In this document: in pieces, positions 60,106 through 64,000 of the stretch
How the letters are laid out: every line of letters starts with the position of its first letter
Position numbering within the stretch: position 1 is the stretch's first letter
The notes under the pieces: model-generated
Seen by the model: only the letters and a program-made list of their open reading frames with translations
The model's database searches: none
What the model was told of the DNA's origin: nothing
Assembly: GCA_963677485.1 (NCBI GenBank)
Contig: OY781964.1
Location: forward strand, 2,656,001-2,720,000
Direction: 5' to 3'
DNA length: 64,000 nucleotides
Source: Armatimonadota bacterium
GTDB lineage: Bacteria > Armatimonadota > HRBIN16
Translations under genes and position numbers: made by a program

Positions 60106-61050
60106 ATGGCTCAGCCGTATCTCACCACCGTTCTGGGCGATCGCCCCGCCAGCAGCATGAAGCTGATCCTGCCGCATGAGCACATTCTGGTCGATTTCGC
60201 CGGGGCAGACACCGCCAGCCCCAGCCGTTACGACGCGGAGGCGGTCTACCAGAAGGCACTGCCGCAGTTGAAGCAGGCGAAAGCACTGGGGGTGGAATGC
60301 GTGGTGGAGTGTACCCCTGAATACCTGGGCCGCGATGTGCGCCTCATGAGACGTCTGAGCCAGGCGAGTGGGATGCAGATCATCGTGCCCACGGGAATGT
60401 ATGCCGCCTCTAACTACAAGTTCATCCCGAAATGGGCTTATGATGCCAGCACTGAGCAGCTCGCTTCTCGCTGGATCATGGAGCATTGGGAAGGAATCGA
60501 GGGCAGCGGCATCAGGCCCGGATTCATCAAGATCGGTGTGAACCCGCAGATGGCCGATATGGAGCGCAAGCTGGTGCGGGCGGCCGCTCAAGCGCACCGG
60601 CAGACCGGTTTGAGCATCGCCAGCCACACCGGTGGAGGCCCGGCGATCGAGCAGCAACTAGCCATCCTGCGTGAAGAGGGCGTTCACCCATCGGCGCTGG
60701 TGTGGGTTCATGCCAATGGAGAGCCGGATTTCGAGCGGCTGGTCCGGGTGGCGAGAACGGGTTGTTGGGTGGAGTTTGACGGTCTGAGCGAGGGCAGTCT
60801 TGAGCAGCATCTGCAACTGGTGCTGCAGATGAAGAGGGCTGGTCTGCTGCATCGCGTGCTGATCAGTCACGACGCGGGCTGGTATGCGGTGGGTGAGCCC
60901 GACGGCGGCACCTGGCGGCCTTTCACGCTGCTGTCTGAGAAGCTCCTGCCCGCATTAGCCGGAGCTGGCTTGAGTGCGAGCGAAATCCGCTGGCTCACTT
61001 CAACCAACCCCGTCCGGGCGTTTGCGGTAGGTGTGAGGAAGGGATCGTAG
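60106..61050 (+). CDS. Phosphotriesterase-like amidohydrolase
   Basis: HEH, GRD, GFIKIG, SHT, VH, ISHDAG metal-ligand motifs; RBS aggagg. Confidence 0.88.
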   Translation: MAQPYLTTVLGDRPASSMKLILPHEHILVDFAGADTASPSRYDAEAVYQKALPQLKQAKALGVECVVECTPEYLGRDVRLMRRLSQASGMQIIVPTGMYAASNYKFIPKWAYDASTEQLASRWIMEHWEGIEGSGIRPGFIKIGVNPQMADMERKLVRAAAQAHRQTGLSIASHTGGGPAIEQQLAILREEGVHPSALVWVHANGEPDFERLVRVARTGCWVEFDGLSEGSLEQHLQLVLQMKRAGLLHRVLISHDAGWYAVGEPDGGTWRPFTLLSEKLLPALAGAGLSASEIRWLTSTNPVRAFAVGVRKGS

Positions 61051-61167
61051 GCAAGTACGACTGGGGATATCACACGCGACACCACGATGTAGGGACATGA
61101 CGTGCCGTGTCCATGGTAGGGACGTCTCACGCGACACCACAGGTGACGACGCGAAGACGCGAAAGAT

Positions 61168-61214
61168 GCACATGACTTGGCAGTCGGGCCTATGCTGCCT
61201 GCCAAGTCATGTGC
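61168..61214. terminator. 16-bp perfect inverted repeat
   Basis: gcacatgacttggcag / ctgccaagtcatgtgc; no clear T tract. Confidence 0.55.
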
Positions 61215-61335
61215 TCAGATCGCCTCATGTATGGCCTCGGTACATTTATTCGCCGTAAAAAGTGTACTGACACCACACTTATTCGTCGTAAAAAGTGTCG
61301 AGGGAGGGTATAGTAGGGATGTGAGGTGATGATTT

Positions 61336-62649
61336 ATGTATCGCAAAGCCATCGAACAGCTCCACCACTGGAAGCATAAAAGCAATCGAAAACCGCTCAT
61401 CATCAGGGGAGCTCGTCAGGTTGGCAAAACATGGTTGATGAAGGAGTTCGGAAAGACTGCCTACAAGGCATCAATCTATATCAACTTCGACAACAACCCG
61501 CAGATGGCGACACTGTTCGCGTCCGATATGAATACCGATCGCCTCATCACAGGCATTGAGCTTTATGCAGGGCAGAAGATCGATGCCGATCATTCCCTGC
61601 TCATTTTCGATGAGGTGCAGGAAGTCCCCCTGGCGTTGACCGCATTGAAATACTTCAACGAAAATGCACCACAGTATCACATTGTGTGTGCAGGTTCGAT
61701 GCTGGGAGTCGCGTTACACCAAGGAACATCATTTCCTGTCGGTAAAGTGGAGTTTCTCGACCTTTCACCGTTGTCATTTTCCGAGTTCATGCTGGCTATG
61801 AATAAGGCTCCGTTCGTGGAGTTGCTGGACAATGGCGACTTCGAGATGGCGACAACATTTCGCCAGGAGTATGTGGAGCTGCTCAAGCAATATTACTTCA
61901 TCGGTGGAATGCCTGAAGCGGTGCAGGCCTATACCGACAATTCCGATTTTAATGAAGTTCGTGACATTCAACAACGTCTCTTGACCGCGTATGAGCAGGA
62001 CTTTTCCAAACATGCGCCGAACGACGTGGTACCTCGTATCCGTATGCTTTGGAACAGCATCCCGTCGCAGCTTACAAAAGAGAACAAAAAGTTCATCTAT
62101 GGCCTGATCAAGGAAGGTGCCCGGGCGAAAGAGTTCGAAATGGCACTCATGTGGCTGGTAGATTGTGGCCTGGTGCATATGGTGCAGCGTGTCACGGTGC
62201 CAAATCTGCCTTTGAAGGCGTATGTGGACCTGAAGGCATTCAAACTGTTCGTGGTTGATGTAGGACTACTGTGCTGCATGACGCGGTTAAGCCAATCTGT
62301 GTTGCTTGACTGCGACCTATTATTCAAGGAGTTCAAAGGCGCACTCACCGAACAGTATGTCTTGCAGCAACTGGACACTTTGAAGGGCTTGGAAGTGTAT
62401 TACTGGACCAATGACCGCGGCAGTGCTGAAGTCGACTTTCTGGTCGACACAGGTGATATGGTCATACCGATCGAAGTGAAAGCAGAGACGAACCTAAAGG
62501 CAAAAAGCCTAAGAAGCTACTATGACCAGTTCCACCCTAGAATCGCCATCCGGTCGTCAATGACTGACTTCAAGCGAGAAGACTGGCTGTTGAATCTTCC
62601 GCTATGGGCGATCGAGACGGTGCCGAAGGCGATACAGGGGCCGGGGTGA
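61336..62649 (+). CDS. AAA+ ATPase with DUF4143 and a C-terminal PD-(D/E)xK-like motif
   Basis: GARQVGKT, IFDEVQ, GGMPE, DVGLL, EVDF...IPIEVK. Confidence 0.9.
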   Translation: MYRKAIEQLHHWKHKSNRKPLIIRGARQVGKTWLMKEFGKTAYKASIYINFDNNPQMATLFASDMNTDRLITGIELYAGQKIDADHSLLIFDEVQEVPLALTALKYFNENAPQYHIVCAGSMLGVALHQGTSFPVGKVEFLDLSPLSFSEFMLAMNKAPFVELLDNGDFEMATTFRQEYVELLKQYYFIGGMPEAVQAYTDNSDFNEVRDIQQRLLTAYEQDFSKHAPNDVVPRIRMLWNSIPSQLTKENKKFIYGLIKEGARAKEFEMALMWLVDCGLVHMVQRVTVPNLPLKAYVDLKAFKLFVVDVGLLCCMTRLSQSVLLDCDLLFKEFKGALTEQYVLQQLDTLKGLEVYYWTNDRGSAEVDFLVDTGDMVIPIEVKAETNLKAKSLRSYYDQFHPRIAIRSSMTDFKREDWLLNLPLWAIETVPKAIQGPG

Positions 62650-62652
62650 GGA

Positions 62653-63570
62653 CTATACTTCCTGTATATCTTCAGCTTGTTCCAGTATGTAGCGAGTATG
62701 CCCTTGCCCGATTTTATAGGTATGGAATGTAACTTTTACCATTTTGAGCAGATATCTCTCGTTGATCACTCTGGAATCGGCAACCCCCCTGCCTATCTTT
62801 CCTTTTAGTACCTGCCCCTCATAATCGAATTCAAAGGCACGGCTGTCCGGCAGCGAACCTTGGAATGAGCCTGCTAGAGTCACGGTTTCCTCGATCACAT
62901 TATCATCTCGAAGCCGGTCTGCCGCCATTTTTACGTCATGAACAGATCGATAACGGTAGGTGGCGGTTTTGTATGAGATGCTGAATGTGGCGTCCTTGTC
63001 AGCGAGATAATCGAGGTAGGCACTCACTTTCTTCAAAACACGAGGGTGACGGTATTCCAGTACATCCGCTATCTGGTCGTCTGAGCCTTCTGCAGCCAAC
63101 CTCAGTATCTCACCCACTCTGTCGACCGCGGTTTTCGTGTGGCTTGGAACATCGGATACGTTGTTGTCTTCATTGGGCAGTTCGATGACAAATCCAAACG
63201 ACCCTAAAGCCACCCCAGTGATATACATACCGTCAGTATCCTGCCCCGGCAGGCGTCCCCGTTCTTGGAGGTTGTCCGCATCATCGGCAGAGACAGACCG
63301 AACCATTTCGTCAAACAAGCTGATGGCCTTAGCCGCGAAGTTCGTGTTGATGCCATGAGTTCCTTGAACAGGTCGTCCTTGAAAAGTAATGGTGATCTTT
63401 TCGGCTGCAAACCCAGGTTCCGTACCGTCAGCCTGTTTTTCTAATACATGGAGCCGTGATGTCAGGCTGCGTTTTTCGAACACGTTCTGGGCAGGTGCCA
63501 TGGCGATAAGGCTCTTCACGAGTTCGATCTCCGACACTAAGCTGTTATACTCAGTACTGTTCATGCCCAT
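62653..63570 (-). CDS. Hypothetical protein
   Basis: ~305-aa ORF with RBS ggag; visibly lower GC; no family recognised. Confidence 0.7.
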   Translation of the reverse strand: MGMNSTEYNSLVSEIELVKSLIAMAPAQNVFEKRSLTSRLHVLEKQADGTEPGFAAEKITITFQGRPVQGTHGINTNFAAKAISLFDEMVRSVSADDADNLQERGRLPGQDTDGMYITGVALGSFGFVIELPNEDNNVSDVPSHTKTAVDRVGEILRLAAEGSDDQIADVLEYRHPRVLKKVSAYLDYLADKDATFSISYKTATYRYRSVHDVKMAADRLRDDNVIEETVTLAGSFQGSLPDSRAFEFDYEGQVLKGKIGRGVADSRVINERYLLKMVKVTFHTYKIGQGHTRYILEQAEDIQEV

Positions 63571-63665
63571 ACTCCTCCCTGTGGTCAGCTTGTAAACGGC
63601 TAAGTATCTCACTGTCCATGGCAGCCCCAGCCTGGGGGCGGGGTTGCCCGCCCCCGAAGCTCCCG

Positions 63666-64000
63666 CTAGTTCTCCGCCAGGCTGAAGGGGTTGAAGTCCG
63701 TATAACGGTCGTAGTGGTCTTCGCTCTCCGCGTTCTTCAGGTGGTTGATCACCAGGTAGGTCAGCGGGGTGGCCAGTGCTTCAATCGCAACCTTTACCAC
63801 GTAGTTCCACATGATCACGCTCAGAATAGTGCTCCAGGGCCACAGACCGCCAAACGCCAGCACAGTAAACAGCATGGAGTCAAACGCTTGGCCGACCACT
63901 GTGCTGCCGATGGTGCGCATCCATAGCCGTTTGCCGTTCATCCGCACTTTCATTTTCGCCATGATGTAGCTGTTGACAAATTCACCCACGAAAAAGGCTG
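63666..64000 (-). CDS. Queuosine precursor transporter (YhhQ/Vut_1), partial at the window edge
   Basis: GEFVNS..MAKMK, LWMRTIGST.VGQ..DS, D..TDFNPF. Confidence 0.85.
   Translation of the reverse strand, partial: AFFVGEFVNSYIMAKMKVRMNGKRLWMRTIGSTVVGQAFDSMLFTVLAFGGLWPWSTILSVIMWNYVVKVAIEALATPLTYLVINHLKNAESEDHYDRYTDFNPFSLAEN

Overview
GC-rich bacterial chromosomal window. It holds a complete trpE-G-D-C-F-B-A operon with an unannotated Trp-rich leader peptide and attenuator, prs, tRNA-Ser(TGA) and tRNA-Val(GAC), a ~15-kb cluster of secreted putative glycoside hydrolases, a murF-alr fusion, an orphan DNA methyltransferase, purS-purQ-hisF, a two-module NRPS with a Cys-nucleophile thioesterase plus PPTase, and a duplicated PadR/membrane-sensor pair. 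The strongest signal is two diverged IS110-family (IS621-like) elements, at 11675-16038 (+, interrupted by a complete IS21 with a 6-bp target duplication) and 55285-57098 (-, intact). Each encodes a structured left-end non-coding RNA whose loops match both its own ends (donor ACAGTAT-CT) and the GTAG-type REP palindrome it has inserted into, i.e. bridge-RNA-guided recombinases programmed against this genome's REP repeats. Circularisation of either would create a TTGACA-17bp-TA(T/C)GCT promoter. Intergenic regions are dense mosaics of REP-like and 8-9-bp-periodic repeat modules. Family assignments come from motif recognition only; no database searches were run.
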